In this document: positions 9,890 to 20,023 of the stretch, piece after piece
Layout: every line of letters starts with the position of its first letter
Position numbering within the stretch: the stretch's first letter is position 1
IMG/VR virus record: IMGVR_UViG_3300036791_001056
Location: 1 to 64,000 of that record
Origin: a virus
Direction: 5' to 3' (one strand)
DNA length: 64,000 bases
The notes under the pieces: generated by a model
What the model saw: only the letters and a program-made list of their open reading frames with translations
What the model was told of the DNA's origin: nothing
Database searches by the model: none
Made by a program: the position numbers and the translations under genes

Positions 9890-10572
9890 CGCAGCCCGGC
9901 TACCGGCACCGCATCATCATTCAAGACCGGTCAGGCAGCATGAGATCGATAATCAAAGGTGCGCAGAGCGGCATCAGTGAGTTCTTCAGCTCAGAGGAGG
10001 CCGTGACGGCCGGCCGCGCCACCTACTCGCTGTGGGACTTCGACGCGGAGATCAGGTGCCTGCACCAGCTCGCGCCGCTCAGCGCGGTGCGTGACTATGT
10101 CATCCAGCCCCGGGGCATGACCGCCATGTACGATGCCATCGCCGTCGTGGTCATCAATGAGGGCGAGCTTCTCGCCGCGCTGCCGGAGCACGACCGGCCC
10201 GAGGACGTCACGGTGATCATCGCCAGTGACGGGCTGGAGAACCACTCGGTGAGGTACTCACGCGAGAGTGGCGGCGGGCCGCGCGTTCAAGCGCTGCTGG
10301 TTCACCAGCAGGAGAAGTACGGATGGCGGGTGCTCTACATGGGTACCAATCAAGACGCCTTCCGGGAGGCCGCCACGATTGGCGTCGCGACCCGCGACAC
10401 GCTCAGCTACGTGAACACCAGCGCTGGTGCGGCGAACGCCTGGTCAGCCAGCTCAAGCCTGCTGAGTCGCGCTCCTGTGGCGTCAGCCGCCCCGTGTGGC
10501 CAGGGCTTCGGCTACACGCAGGAGGAGCGCAGCCAGGGTGAGTCAGCCGAGCCGCAGGCACCATCAGCGTGA
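9886..10572 (+). CDS. vWA domain protein
   Basis: MIDAS DRSGSM, GMTAMYDAI, IASDGLEN. Confidence 0.85.
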   Translation: MTQPGYRHRIIIQDRSGSMRSIIKGAQSGISEFFSSEEAVTAGRATYSLWDFDAEIRCLHQLAPLSAVRDYVIQPRGMTAMYDAIAVVVINEGELLAALPEHDRPEDVTVIIASDGLENHSVRYSRESGGGPRVQALLVHQQEKYGWRVLYMGTNQDAFREAATIGVATRDTLSYVNTSAGAANAWSASSSLLSRAPVASAAPCGQGFGYTQEERSQGESAEPQAPSA

Positions 10573-10898
10573 GCGCTCCGCGCGGTCACGGCTACGATCA
10601 TCCGCTCGACAGCACAGGCGTGCTGCGGCTCGTGATGGCTGAGTACACGCGGGCTAAGTTGAAGCACGGTGAGAGCACGCTGGACAGCCCGCTGGCCGGT
10701 GACTTGGTGCGCCTGGCGGCGCTGGTCGAGGAGGTGGGTGAGGCGGCGAGTGAGCTCACTTACGACCGCTCCCGCACCTACGTCACCACTCAGACCGGCG
10801 CGGGCGTGCCGGTCACGGAGAGTCCGAGCCAGCGCCTCAGGAGGGAGCTCATCCAGGTCGCCAACGTGGCGCTGACGTGGGCTAGCATCTTGGAGTAA
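10569..10898 (+). CDS. MazG-like NTP pyrophosphohydrolase
   Basis: LVEEVGEAA...ELIQVA. Confidence 0.75.
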   Translation: MSAPRGHGYDHPLDSTGVLRLVMAEYTRAKLKHGESTLDSPLAGDLVRLAALVEEVGEAASELTYDRSRTYVTTQTGAGVPVTESPSQRLRRELIQVANVALTWASILE

Positions 10899-11075
10899 GC
10901 ACCAGGGAACGCAGCAGAGTTGAGCGACGTGAAGCAGAGACTAGCCAGCCATACCGTAGCATAGACTCAGTTAAGCTACACGAAGCAGAGACCGGTTAAG
11001 CCTAGCTGACCCGTAGCAAAGAGCACGTTAGCATGGTAAAGACTAGCTGAGTAGAGCCCAGTTCAGCAAAGGACC
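10899..11075 (+). repeat. (NNNAG)n pentamer-phased tract
   Basis: cagag ttgag cgacg tgaag cagag actag ... ctgag tagag cccag ttcag caaag. Confidence 0.85.
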
Positions 11076-11111
11076 CAGAATGACACACTCACCAGCATCA
11101 GCGAGCATGGC

Positions 11112-11393
11112 GTGACCGCATACCGCTACCGCCGAGGCCCAGTCCCACCGCCGGCGCTGCCCGAGGCAGCTGATACGTGCTGGGCGGCGCAGCGCGCGGT
11201 GCTGTACCGGTTCATGGAGTGCGATCACGATCCCGGCGCAGCGCGCAGCGTCCTCGCGGCGCTGGGCCTGCTGCGGGAGCGCCCGCGGCGCTTGGACGAT
11301 GACGGGCTCACTGATGCGCGGACCAGCCTGCTGTGGGACCCGGAGGGTGCGATCAGCCGGCCTGAGCACACGCGGCGAGCAGATCGCAGCTAA
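11112..11393 (+). CDS. Hypothetical protein
   Basis: ORF in operon. Confidence 0.45.
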   Translation: MTAYRYRRGPVPPPALPEAADTCWAAQRAVLYRFMECDHDPGAARSVLAALGLLRERPRRLDDDGLTDARTSLLWDPEGAISRPEHTRRADRS

Positions 11394-11428
11394 GCAGTCG
11401 AGAGACTTTTGCCTTCCAGGAGTGGATC

Positions 11429-11743
11429 ATGCTATCTTCCGTCACGCCGCCGCTGGCGACGGCGCAGCAGCGGCTGGCGCACGTGCGCCAGCACCAGCAG
11501 CTGATGGCTGAGCGGAGCTGCTCAGCGGCGCCGGTCGTGCTGGCCGCGTACCTCAGCAGCGGCTGCCCGCGCTGTCACAGTGTGATCCAGCCCGGTGACA
11601 CCATCGCGTCGTGGGGTGACGGGCTGGGCTGGTGCCACGCGGCGTGCCTCATCTGTCACGCTTGCGGGGAGTGGCTGCGCTCGGACGGCAGGTGCACATC
11701 GAGCGCAGCGCCCGCTGGTCTTCAGACTGGCGGTGAGGAGTGA
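11429..11743 (+). CDS. Cys-rich hypothetical protein
   Basis: RBS AGGAG; CxxC motifs. Confidence 0.55.
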   Translation: MLSSVTPPLATAQQRLAHVRQHQQLMAERSCSAAPVVLAAYLSSGCPRCHSVIQPGDTIASWGDGLGWCHAACLICHACGEWLRSDGRCTSSAAPAGLQTGGEE

Positions 11744-12006
11744 GGCGTAAGCGCCGGGCTAAGCTCGAGAGCCGCATCGCCTGCGCGCTCTACTACGCCG
11801 GTGAGCACGCTGGTTACGACGGTGATCATCACAAGATGTGGGTCATCGACCAGATGGTGCGGGCCCTGACGGGCTGCGGGCTGGTCAGGAAGACCGCTAC
11901 CGGCGCCAATGGTATGAGCTATAGTTATGAGGGGCAGGGCGAGAGCCCGGAGTACACGCAGTTCATCACGAGGCACCAAGACTGGGACGAGGGAATCGCG
12001 CCGTGA
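11740..12006 (+). CDS. Hypothetical phage protein
   Basis: GYDGDHHKMWVIDQMVRALTG; WDEGIAP terminus. Confidence 0.7.
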   Translation: MRRKRRAKLESRIACALYYAGEHAGYDGDHHKMWVIDQMVRALTGCGLVRKTATGANGMSYSYEGQGESPEYTQFITRHQDWDEGIAP

Positions 12007-12033
12007 GACCTGACAAGTACTGGGAGCTCATTC

Positions 12034-14781
12034 ATGACGTCACCACTCGCTGACGTCCAGCTTCACCTCATCAGCTCCATCGATGACTTGCTGGCGATGA
12101 GAGAGTGGGCCGGGCAGCAGCGCGACGTTCCCGTTGCCTTCGACACCGAGAGCGAGGGCCTGGTCCCGCAGCGCGACCGCCTGAGACTGGCGCAGCTCGG
12201 CGACCTGCGCCACGGCTGGGCGGCGCCGTTCGAGTGGTGCGGCGCCATCATCGAGCTGATCCGCGACATGATCCGGCGGCGCCAGTCCATCGTGGCCCAC
12301 AACTCGGGGTTTGACCACCGCTTCATCGAGCGCTGGCTGGGCTACTCGATCCCGTGGCACCTCGTCCACGACACCATGACCATCGCGGCGCTCGCTGACC
12401 CGACTCGGCCCAAGGGGCTGAAGCCGCTCGCGGCGCGCCTCATCGACCGGAATGCCACGGCGGGGCAGCACCTGCTTGATGAGGGCATGAAGAAGAACGG
12501 GTGGACGTGGGCCACCGTCCCGGCGGACTTCCCGCCGTACTGGTCATACGCCGCGCTGGATCCGGTCCTGACGTGTCACATCTGGGCCAGCCTCGCGCCC
12601 GGTGTCATCGAGACGGCGCCCGAGGCGTACGACCTCGAGAGGTCGGTCACGCCCCTGCTCTCAGCCATGATGGACGCCGGGCTGCTGGTCGACCGGCCGT
12701 ACACGCTCGGTAAGATCGAGGAGCTGGGTAAGTACTCGCGCGCCGCCCGGCGCTGGCTCGAGGATACCCACGGCGTGACCGGGCTCATGTCGGCCCGGCA
12801 GATCCACGCGGCGTTCACCCGGCTGGGCATGGTGATGACCGGTACGACGCCTACTGGCCTGCCGTCTATTACCAAGGAGCTGCTGGCCGCCATCGCGGCC
12901 GCGCCGCCAGGTGAGGTATCAGCCGCGTCACGTGACCTCGCGGTCACCGTTCTCAAGGCGCGCCACGCCGAGAAGATCACCGGCACGTACCTCGAGAACT
13001 TCCTCGAGATGTCGCAGGCAGATGGCGCTGTTCACTGCTCCATACGCCAGCTAGAGGCCCGGACCGGGAGAATGTGCCTGGCTAAGGGCACTATGATCGA
13101 CGGGCCTCGTGATCTGGTGAAGTACCCCACTGGAGTTCCTGTCGAGGACGTCCGGGCAGGAGATTGGGTATACTCATTTGGTAATGACGGTAACGTTAAA
13201 CCACAACGGGTCAAGAAGGTTCACGACAACGGTATTTTGCCAGTTATCCGGCTAGTGTATCGGCGAGCTGGGTTTCACGGCGGTGAGCTGATGGAGTTGA
13301 AGGCAACGCCCGATCACCGGATCGCACTACGGACGGGTGAGTATCGCGAACTACGCGATCTTAAGCCTGGTGATAAGCTCGGCTTTATGACTAGGTCTGT
13401 TTTCGGCGAGAATGGCGTGTTCCGGTCCATGATTGAGTGGAACGGCGGCAAGCGTGTCCACGAGCCCCGAGTGATCTGCCAGCCTACAGCACAAGAGGTA
13501 GTGCACCACAAGAATGAGTTGACGCTCGACCAGCGGCCGAGTAACCTTCAGCCACTGACGATTAAGCATCACACGCAAGAGCACGCTCTCATGAAAATGC
13601 GAGAGTTTACCGCAGAAGAGCTATCTGAGTTGAGTGACAGCGATAGTAATTACGGTCGCATCGCCAGTAAGCTAGGCGTCGGTAAGGGTGCGCTGATTCT
13701 CAGGTGCCGCGAGCTCAGCATACCAGTGCGAACACACCAAGAAAACATTAAGAAACACTGGCAGCAGGAGTGCCCGCTGTCGCCTACAGAGTTCTGGCGG
13801 CGGCTGGAGGAGCTTGGCGGTACTGGGAACGGGACCGGTGGTGGATCTAAGCTAGCACGTGAGCTGGGCGTCAGCTATAACTTGATCAGAAAGTGGAAGA
13901 AGGAGTTCAGCGAACATAATCATGAGGTTGTCGCGGTTATCGATGACGGTGAGAGCTTGCCAGTGTATGATCTTGAAATGGATGGTGAGCCGAACTTCAT
14001 CGCAGGTGAGCTCTGGGTTCATAACAGCTGCGCGGAGCCAAATCTTCAGAACTTGCCCCGCGACGATAAGATCGTCAGGGGCTGCTTCATTCCCCGGCCG
14101 GGTTATGTGTTCATATCGTGCGACTTCAGCCAGATAGAGATGAGAATCGCCGCTGCGCTCAGCGGCGACATGGGCCTCATCGCGGCGTTCGCCGAGTCTG
14201 ACAGCGGTGGCCGCGACTTCTACTCTGGCCTGGCTAGCGAGCTGTTCAGCGAGGAGGTGGAGAAGGAGGACCCGCGGCGGCAAGCGATAAAGTCTATGTC
14301 ATATGCATCCTTGTACGGAGCTGGCCTCGCGAAGCAAGCGCTCACGGCGGGCGTGACCGTGGCACAGCTTAAGCCCATCCGAGACGCGTTCAATGCGCGG
14401 TACCCCGGCCTCATCACGCTCACTAACCTGATCCAGCACGAGGCCAATGAGGGGCTGCAGGCCACCGGGGTGCCGTTCGTCCGCACCTCAACGGGACGGT
14501 ACCTGCCGTGCGACCGCAGCAAGATGTACGCGCTGCTCAACTACAAGATCCAAGCAGAGGCGGGTGAGTGCCTCAAGCGCGGCATCGCCAGCCTGGCTGC
14601 GGCGGGTCTCGCATCAGCCATGCGGGTGCCGGTCCACGACGAGGTGATCTTCGAGGTCCCAGCCCGTGACGCTGAGGAGCTGAAGCAGCTCGCGATGAGC
14701 GCGATGGCTGACACCGAGCGGTACGCGGTGCCGATCACGTGCGCAGCCAAGATCATGCCCGAGCGGTGGGTCAAGGGCTGA
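12034..14781 (+). CDS. Family A DNA polymerase with intein
   Basis: 3'-5' exonuclease FDTESE, AHN, YAALD; polymerase DFSQIEMR, K..SYASLYG, PVHDE. Confidence 0.95.
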   Translation: MTSPLADVQLHLISSIDDLLAMREWAGQQRDVPVAFDTESEGLVPQRDRLRLAQLGDLRHGWAAPFEWCGAIIELIRDMIRRRQSIVAHNSGFDHRFIERWLGYSIPWHLVHDTMTIAALADPTRPKGLKPLAARLIDRNATAGQHLLDEGMKKNGWTWATVPADFPPYWSYAALDPVLTCHIWASLAPGVIETAPEAYDLERSVTPLLSAMMDAGLLVDRPYTLGKIEELGKYSRAARRWLEDTHGVTGLMSARQIHAAFTRLGMVMTGTTPTGLPSITKELLAAIAAAPPGEVSAASRDLAVTVLKARHAEKITGTYLENFLEMSQADGAVHCSIRQLEARTGRMCLAKGTMIDGPRDLVKYPTGVPVEDVRAGDWVYSFGNDGNVKPQRVKKVHDNGILPVIRLVYRRAGFHGGELMELKATPDHRIALRTGEYRELRDLKPGDKLGFMTRSVFGENGVFRSMIEWNGGKRVHEPRVICQPTAQEVVHHKNELTLDQRPSNLQPLTIKHHTQEHALMKMREFTAEELSELSDSDSNYGRIASKLGVGKGALILRCRELSIPVRTHQENIKKHWQQECPLSPTEFWRRLEELGGTGNGTGGGSKLARELGVSYNLIRKWKKEFSEHNHEVVAVIDDGESLPVYDLEMDGEPNFIAGELWVHNSCAEPNLQNLPRDDKIVRGCFIPRPGYVFISCDFSQIEMRIAAALSGDMGLIAAFAESDSGGRDFYSGLASELFSEEVEKEDPRRQAIKSMSYASLYGAGLAKQALTAGVTVAQLKPIRDAFNARYPGLITLTNLIQHEANEGLQATGVPFVRTSTGRYLPCDRSKMYALLNYKIQAEAGECLKRGIASLAAAGLASAMRVPVHDEVIFEVPARDAEELKQLAMSAMADTERYAVPITCAAKIMPERWVKG
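13075..14025 (+). mobile_element. Intein (317 aa) with HNH-type endonuclease
   Basis: RTGRM|CLAKGT...TPDH...WVHN|SCAEPNLQN; internal VHHKNE...RPSNL; lower GC. Confidence 0.92.
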
Positions 14782-14784
14782 CCG

Positions 14785-14853
14785 CACCCAGGCCAAGCAT
14801 CAGCTCAGCTAACCTGAGAACAGCAGAGTCAAGATCAGTATAGCACAGCGCAG
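14785..14853 (+). repeat. (NNNAG)n pentamer-phased tract
   Basis: ccaag catcag ctcag ctaac ctgag aacag cagag tcaag atcag tatag cacag cgcag. Confidence 0.8.
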
Positions 14854-14882
14854 TTTACAACCGGGTCCCCGTGTGATATGAT
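14854..14882 (+). promoter_or_regulatory. Promoter TTTACA-N17-TATGAT
   Basis: Repeated consensus; followed by GAGGAACGGAGG leader. Confidence 0.75.
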
Positions 14883-14914
14883 GAACACCACGGCAACGAG
14901 GAACGGAGGACGAG

Positions 14915-15619
14915 GTGGGCTTGAGTAAGAGCAGGTGGTCATGGCGGTTCCGGCAGGCACAGCGCCGCTACAGCCGCGGGATCAGCGACATCTGGGCGAC
15001 CCGGCAGGACGCCCGCGGCCTCGCGGTGCACCTGCAGGACAGCTTGCCGATGTCGAGTAACACCGATTCATCATCGGTCGTCTGGGCCAGTGTGGTTCAC
15101 TCAGCTGAGGCATGGCACGGCAGGTTCCGGCTCCAGAGCTGCAGTGCGGCGAGCGCAGCTGAGCAGGAGTGGCTAGCGGCGCATCCAGCGGTGGCTGAGC
15201 AGCGGGTGCATGAGGCGGCGGCGGCGCTCGGCAGCGTGTGGTTCTGGGTGACTGACCGCCACAGCGGCGAGAAGTTCGCGGTTTACGTAGTCAAGTCACC
15301 CGGCGAGGACATGACCGTTGATCACGAGGCGGCGGCTGAGACCGAGAGCATCCTGGCTGATCACGAGGCTATGACCGCGATCGCTGAGGGTGAGGCTGAT
15401 CCGGGGCTCATCTCAGCTCACCGCGATGATACGGCTAGCAGTCTGGCTACGGTTATGGCCATCGAGGTAGCGGAAGGCATGGGACTGGACCCGGGCATGC
15501 CGATGACCGCGGGCCAGGGCCGAGCGTTCCGGCGGGCGTTCGCGGCACGGATGTCTGGAGAAGTACTGAGCGAGCCGGCATCTCAGGCGCAGTACGGCCC
15601 GGGAACACACTGCGAGTGA
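14915..15619 (+). CDS. Hypothetical protein
   Basis: Follows promoter and conserved leader. Confidence 0.55.
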   Translation: MGLSKSRWSWRFRQAQRRYSRGISDIWATRQDARGLAVHLQDSLPMSSNTDSSSVVWASVVHSAEAWHGRFRLQSCSAASAAEQEWLAAHPAVAEQRVHEAAAALGSVWFWVTDRHSGEKFAVYVVKSPGEDMTVDHEAAAETESILADHEAMTAIAEGEADPGLISAHRDDTASSLATVMAIEVAEGMGLDPGMPMTAGQGRAFRRAFAARMSGEVLSEPASQAQYGPGTHCE

Positions 15620-15748
15620 GCTGATGCGCAGCGCAGGAAGGCACCGTCGGCCGCACCGTCCGGTAACTTGGTTGCGGGTGGCGGAGCTCGTGAGCGCCGG
15701 CATCTGCGTCATCGCGGCGCTCGGCGCGCTGGCAGCGCTGATCACGCG

Positions 15749-16240
15749 ATGATCAGCTGGGACGCTGTGCCTGATGAGAGCGGTGTGTGGTCAGCCGAGC
15801 CGGTGCCGGGCACTGTTGCGTGGCTGGATCCCGGTAAGACCACGGGCTGGGCTAGTTGGTCGCCCACGGCAGGTGAGTTTGAGAGCGGTGAGCTGCTGTT
15901 CTTGCCACTGGGTGAGTGGCTGCGCCAGCGCCTCAGCGTCACTGTGTGGCTCGGCTGGGAGGCATACACCGTCCGCCCCGGCGGCGCCCGCATCAAGTTC
16001 CAGCCCGACTCACTCGAGGTGATCGGCATGACGCGCTGGCTCGCCTACAGCCAGTACGCCCGGGTTCTGCCGCCGCAGCAGCCCAGCGCCCGGCAGACCG
16101 GGCTGCTGCACTTGAAGAGCGCGGGCTGGCACCGGCCGGGCCTGGGTCACGCGAATGACGCGGCGGGGCACCTGCTGGCGTTCTTGCTGGCGTACCGGCT
16201 GGCGCCGCCCGAGCTGATGGGTAAGATTAGAGAGACTTGA
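15749..16240 (+). CDS. RuvC-like Holliday junction resolvase
   Basis: WLDPGKTTGW, WE, HANDAAGH. Confidence 0.75.
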   Translation: MISWDAVPDESGVWSAEPVPGTVAWLDPGKTTGWASWSPTAGEFESGELLFLPLGEWLRQRLSVTVWLGWEAYTVRPGGARIKFQPDSLEVIGMTRWLAYSQYARVLPPQQPSARQTGLLHLKSAGWHRPGLGHANDAAGHLLAFLLAYRLAPPELMGKIRET

Positions 16241-16258
16241 GGAAGAGGAGGCTGAGGA

Positions 16259-16816
16259 ATGACTCTCGTGGCCACATTTGATGAGGCAATCAACAGTGAT
16301 GACCCGCTGGTGCATTACCGAGCTGATGAGAGTGACTGGATGGCGCTGGTCGCGCTGCGGCTCGCCGCTGAGCGCCGGCTGCGCCAGCTCAGCTCGAGCC
16401 AGTGGACCGACACCGCGCGAGGGCTGGAGCAGATGTGGCAGTACCTGGAGCGCGATGAGATGTACGTCATCCGGCACGGCCCGCAGGCCGCCGGCTGCTT
16501 CGCGCTCACCGACCGGTCTGACCCGGAGTTCTGGTCAGGCGACCCGGAGCGCCGGCAGTTCCTGTACCTGCACAAGGTGATCGTCACACCCGACATGACG
16601 GGCGCCGGGGTGGGAGCGTACATCGTGGCTCAGACGATGAGTGATGCTGAGCAGCGCGGCTGCCTCGGCGCTCGGCTCCGGTGCTGGACGGGAAATGACC
16701 GGCTGCGCGCGGTGTGGGAGCGGCACGGGTTCACTTACCTGCGGACGGTTCCCGTTCCGGGTAGTGGCGCTGACGTGCTCATGGAGAGGAGGCTGGTGTG
16801 CCAGCAGCCAGCGTAA
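16259..16816 (+). CDS. GNAT acetyltransferase
   Basis: YLHKVIV..MTGAGVG; N..LRAVWERHGF. Confidence 0.85.
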   Translation: MTLVATFDEAINSDDPLVHYRADESDWMALVALRLAAERRLRQLSSSQWTDTARGLEQMWQYLERDEMYVIRHGPQAAGCFALTDRSDPEFWSGDPERRQFLYLHKVIVTPDMTGAGVGAYIVAQTMSDAEQRGCLGARLRCWTGNDRLRAVWERHGFTYLRTVPVPGSGADVLMERRLVCQQPA

Positions 16817-17310
16817 TCAATATAGCGGAAGAGTTCGCCGCGGACTTCATGCCAGAGTTCACTCCTGACCGCCGGCAGTGGGCGTTCCTGTGCGACATCG
16901 ACGGCACGTTGGCCAAGATGCACGGTGGTGATGAAGCGCGCGGGCCGTTCGACTGGGATCGCGTGGGTGAAGACCTGCCGAACGAGCCGGTCATCCGCGT
17001 CATCCGAGCCGTTAAGCTCGTGTACCCGGTGATCTTCGCGTCGGGTCGGATGGAGCAGTGCCGTGATCAGACCCACCAGTGGATCCGCGCGAACGTGTGC
17101 GATCACTCTTATGCGTGCTTTTGCCGGGCGCCGATGTGGCTGAGGGCTAATGATGACTTCCGGCCTGACCAGGCGGTGAAGCGCGAGATGTACGACCTCA
17201 TCACTGAGCGGTACCGCGTCATGGGCGTGTTCGATGACCGCCTCAAGGTCATCCACATGTGGCGTGAGCTCGGTCTCACCGTCTTTGACGTGGCGGGGTA
17301 CGAGCAGTGA
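16798..17310 (+). CDS. Polynucleotide 3'-phosphatase (Pnkp HAD domain)
   Basis: CDIDGTLA, SGR, DFRPDQAVK, FDDR; start may be the ATG at 16849. Confidence 0.85.
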   Translation: MPAASVINIAEEFAADFMPEFTPDRRQWAFLCDIDGTLAKMHGGDEARGPFDWDRVGEDLPNEPVIRVIRAVKLVYPVIFASGRMEQCRDQTHQWIRANVCDHSYACFCRAPMWLRANDDFRPDQAVKREMYDLITERYRVMGVFDDRLKVIHMWRELGLTVFDVAGYEQ

Positions 17311-17325
17311 GTGCACTCATCGTAA

Positions 17326-17562
17326 ATGAAGTACGGGTACAGCATCACTCAGCGCTCATACCCTGTGAGCGTGGTCTTCGCCGCGCTGAGCGTCGCGTAC
17401 ATCTGGCTCGCGCTCATCTTCTGGCGGCGCTGGTGGAACCGCCGGGGCAAGCGCGCTGCGCAGGCTCTCGGCCACAAGGCGCTCGCCAAGCTGCGTGAGC
17501 TCGTGAGCAGCATGCCCCGGCCCGCGCTGCCCCGGCTGCGCCCAGAGGGCGCGTCGAGCTGA
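17326..17562 (+). CDS. Small membrane protein
   Basis: Single hydrophobic helix followed by a basic tail. Confidence 0.5.
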   Translation: MKYGYSITQRSYPVSVVFAALSVAYIWLALIFWRRWWNRRGKRAAQALGHKALAKLRELVSSMPRPALPRLRPEGASS

Positions 17563-17758
17563 TGTCCTGGCCAGCAGCCGGGTTTATGTGATAGAGTTTA
17601 CAGCAAGTCCAGGTAGCAGATTCTCCTCGCGAGAGTGGAGCGTTACCTCGATGATCATCTCATCGCTGACCCCGCTAGGGTACGTCATCGTGGGCGTGGT
17701 GCTCGGCATCGCGCCCATCGTGGCGTGTTGCTGGCCCCGCCGGAAGACGAGGTAGCGC

Positions 17759-17995
17759 GTGATCGACGCCATAATGATGCTGTTCGGCCAGCCAACGCAG
17801 CACATGAGCACGCAGCAGAAGGCGCGCTGGCGGCAGTCATTCGGCAGCATGATCGTGGAGTACCAGGGACCCGCGTGCGCTGCGTGGCGCCAGGGCTCGG
17901 CTGACCTGTGTGAGCACGACTCGTGCTGGGACATCATGACTGAGGGCGCCACCGCTTACTACCGCCGTGTGGAGGCGCTAAGTGCCGGTCGCTGA
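17759..17995 (+). CDS. Hypothetical protein
   Basis: RBS GAGG; overlaps helicase start. Confidence 0.5.
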   Translation: MIDAIMMLFGQPTQHMSTQQKARWRQSFGSMIVEYQGPACAAWRQGSADLCEHDSCWDIMTEGATAYYRRVEALSAGR

Positions 17996-19766
17996 TCACG
18001 CTCCCGGCGGCCGGCCCGTCATCAGCGTTACTACGAACTTTACTGACCGCGACCGGATGCTCCTGGTCCCGGGCAGCGCGTTCAGTGGCGGCAGCACGTG
18101 GCACGTCCCACTCAGCTGGGCGAGCTGCGTCGTGCTGCGCAGCGTGTTCGGAGGCGAGCTGCGGCTGGGGCCTGGGCTGCGGGCGTGGGCGCACTCTGAG
18201 CGGAAACGCATCGAGCGGGCGCTGCTGCTGCGTGACGCGCTGGACCTGCCGCCCGGCTCACCAGGTGGCGCGCTGCTTGATGAGCTCGAGCGCGGCAGCG
18301 CGCGGCGCTTGAGACCGTTCCAGCGCGCGGACGTCGGTTACCTGGTGACAATGGAGCGCGCTGGGCTGTTTGCCCCGATGGGCGCCGGGAAGACCGCCGT
18401 GATGATCAGGACGCTGCAGGTGCTGCGCGCCATCGGGCGAAGCCCCTTTCCGTGCGTGGTCATCGCTCCCAACAGCGTTAAGGCAGCCGTGTGGCCTACT
18501 GAGCTCACGGCCTGGGCGCCGGAGATCAGCTTCACCGTCGTGGACGGTGGCGCCGCGGCGCGGCGTAAGCAGATCATCAGTGGAGCTGACGTTACCATCA
18601 TCAACTGGGAGGCCGTGGCCCTGCACAGCCGGGTCGCCGGGTACGGTGACATCCGGCTGACCGACAAGGACAAGCAGGTCAAGGAGCTCAACGAGCTTGG
18701 CCCGCGCGCTGTGATCATGGACGAGGCTGCTCGGCTGCGCGACGCCAGCACGCGGCAGTCACGGGCCGTCAAGTTCTTGGCGTCGCAAGCGCGGTTCCGG
18801 TTCGCGCTCACCGGGACTCCCGTGGCTGATGACCCGACGGACTTGTGGGGCATTCTTCACGTCGTGGCGCCGGACTGGCACCCCGGCAAGAGTAAGTTCA
18901 TGGACCGGTACGTCTTGACGGGCTACAGCCTGTACGGCGGGCTGGTCGTCATGGGACTGAAGCCTGAGGCTGATGATGAGTTCCGCCGCGTGACTCTGCC
19001 GCTGTACCGGCGGATCCCGAAGGAGATTATCCTACCCCAGCTGCCCGAGAAGCTGCCGCCGCAGGTCCGGCACACGCCGATGACTCCCGCGCAGGCTAAG
19101 CTTTACCGCCAGATGGAGCGTGACATGCTGGCGCAGGTTGATGACCTGCTCGTGGCGCAGAGCCCGATGATCCAAGTCATGCGGCTGATGCAGTTCGCGG
19201 CGGCGACGGCCAGCCACGTGGAGATCACGCGCGATGATGACGGGCGCCCGCATTACAAGATCGAGCTCGCTGAGCCGTCGTGCAAGATTGATGACCTCGT
19301 GGACGTGCTGGCTGAGCTGGGGGATGAGCCCCTGGTTGTCGCGGCAGTCTCACGGCAGCTCATCGACCTGGCTGCTGACCGGCTGCGGCGCGAGGGTATA
19401 TCGTGCGAGGCCATCGTGGGCGGGATGCCCGCTGCTGACCGGGCCGCTGCTGTCCGCCGGTTCCAGGACGGAGATGTCCGAGTCATCCTCCTGGTACTCG
19501 CCACCGGTGCTGAGGGGCTCAACCTGACTCGGTCACGCGTGATCTTGTTCATGCAGGAGGATTACCGGACCGATCTCAATGACCAGGCGGTCGACCGCGT
19601 CCACCGGATCGGGTCAGAGATCCACTCGAGCATCCAGGTGATCAAGCAGATCACTCCCAGGACCGTTGAGGAGCGTAAGCCCGTGATCTTGGCTGAGAAG
19701 CACAGCCGGATCGAGGAGGTGCTGCGCGACCGTGACGCGGTGACGCGCCTGCTCGGCGGCAGGTAG
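17982..19766 (+). CDS. SNF2-family helicase
   Basis: MGAGKT, MDEA, LTGTP, EGLNL, QAVDRVHRIG. Confidence 0.93.
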   Translation: MPVADHAPGGRPVISVTTNFTDRDRMLLVPGSAFSGGSTWHVPLSWASCVVLRSVFGGELRLGPGLRAWAHSERKRIERALLLRDALDLPPGSPGGALLDELERGSARRLRPFQRADVGYLVTMERAGLFAPMGAGKTAVMIRTLQVLRAIGRSPFPCVVIAPNSVKAAVWPTELTAWAPEISFTVVDGGAAARRKQIISGADVTIINWEAVALHSRVAGYGDIRLTDKDKQVKELNELGPRAVIMDEAARLRDASTRQSRAVKFLASQARFRFALTGTPVADDPTDLWGILHVVAPDWHPGKSKFMDRYVLTGYSLYGGLVVMGLKPEADDEFRRVTLPLYRRIPKEIILPQLPEKLPPQVRHTPMTPAQAKLYRQMERDMLAQVDDLLVAQSPMIQVMRLMQFAAATASHVEITRDDDGRPHYKIELAEPSCKIDDLVDVLAELGDEPLVVAAVSRQLIDLAADRLRREGISCEAIVGGMPAADRAAAVRRFQDGDVRVILLVLATGAEGLNLTRSRVILFMQEDYRTDLNDQAVDRVHRIGSEIHSSIQVIKQITPRTVEERKPVILAEKHSRIEEVLRDRDAVTRLLGGR

Positions 19767-19813
19767 ATATATAGTACGGTACGAGGAACGGAGAGTGTGA
19801 GGACAGTGAACCC

Positions 19814-20023
19814 ATGAGTGACTCAGCTGCGGCACGCACTGGGCAGGTGCTCAGCCTCGGCTCACCGCTGAGAATCATCAACGCTTACTCGGCCCGGCAC
19901 ACCAGCGGTCACGGGCTGGATCACTTCTTGGTGATCGCCTGCGGCGAGCACGAGATCAAGATCCGGTCATCACCGCACGGGAAGAACGTCGTCATTATGC
20001 TGAACGAGCGGGAGCTGCGGTGA
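19814..20023 (+). CDS. Hypothetical protein
   Basis: Preceded by GAGGAACGGAG leader. Confidence 0.5.
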   Translation: MSDSAAARTGQVLSLGSPLRIINAYSARHTSGHGLDHFLVIACGEHEIKIRSSPHGKNVVIMLNERELR

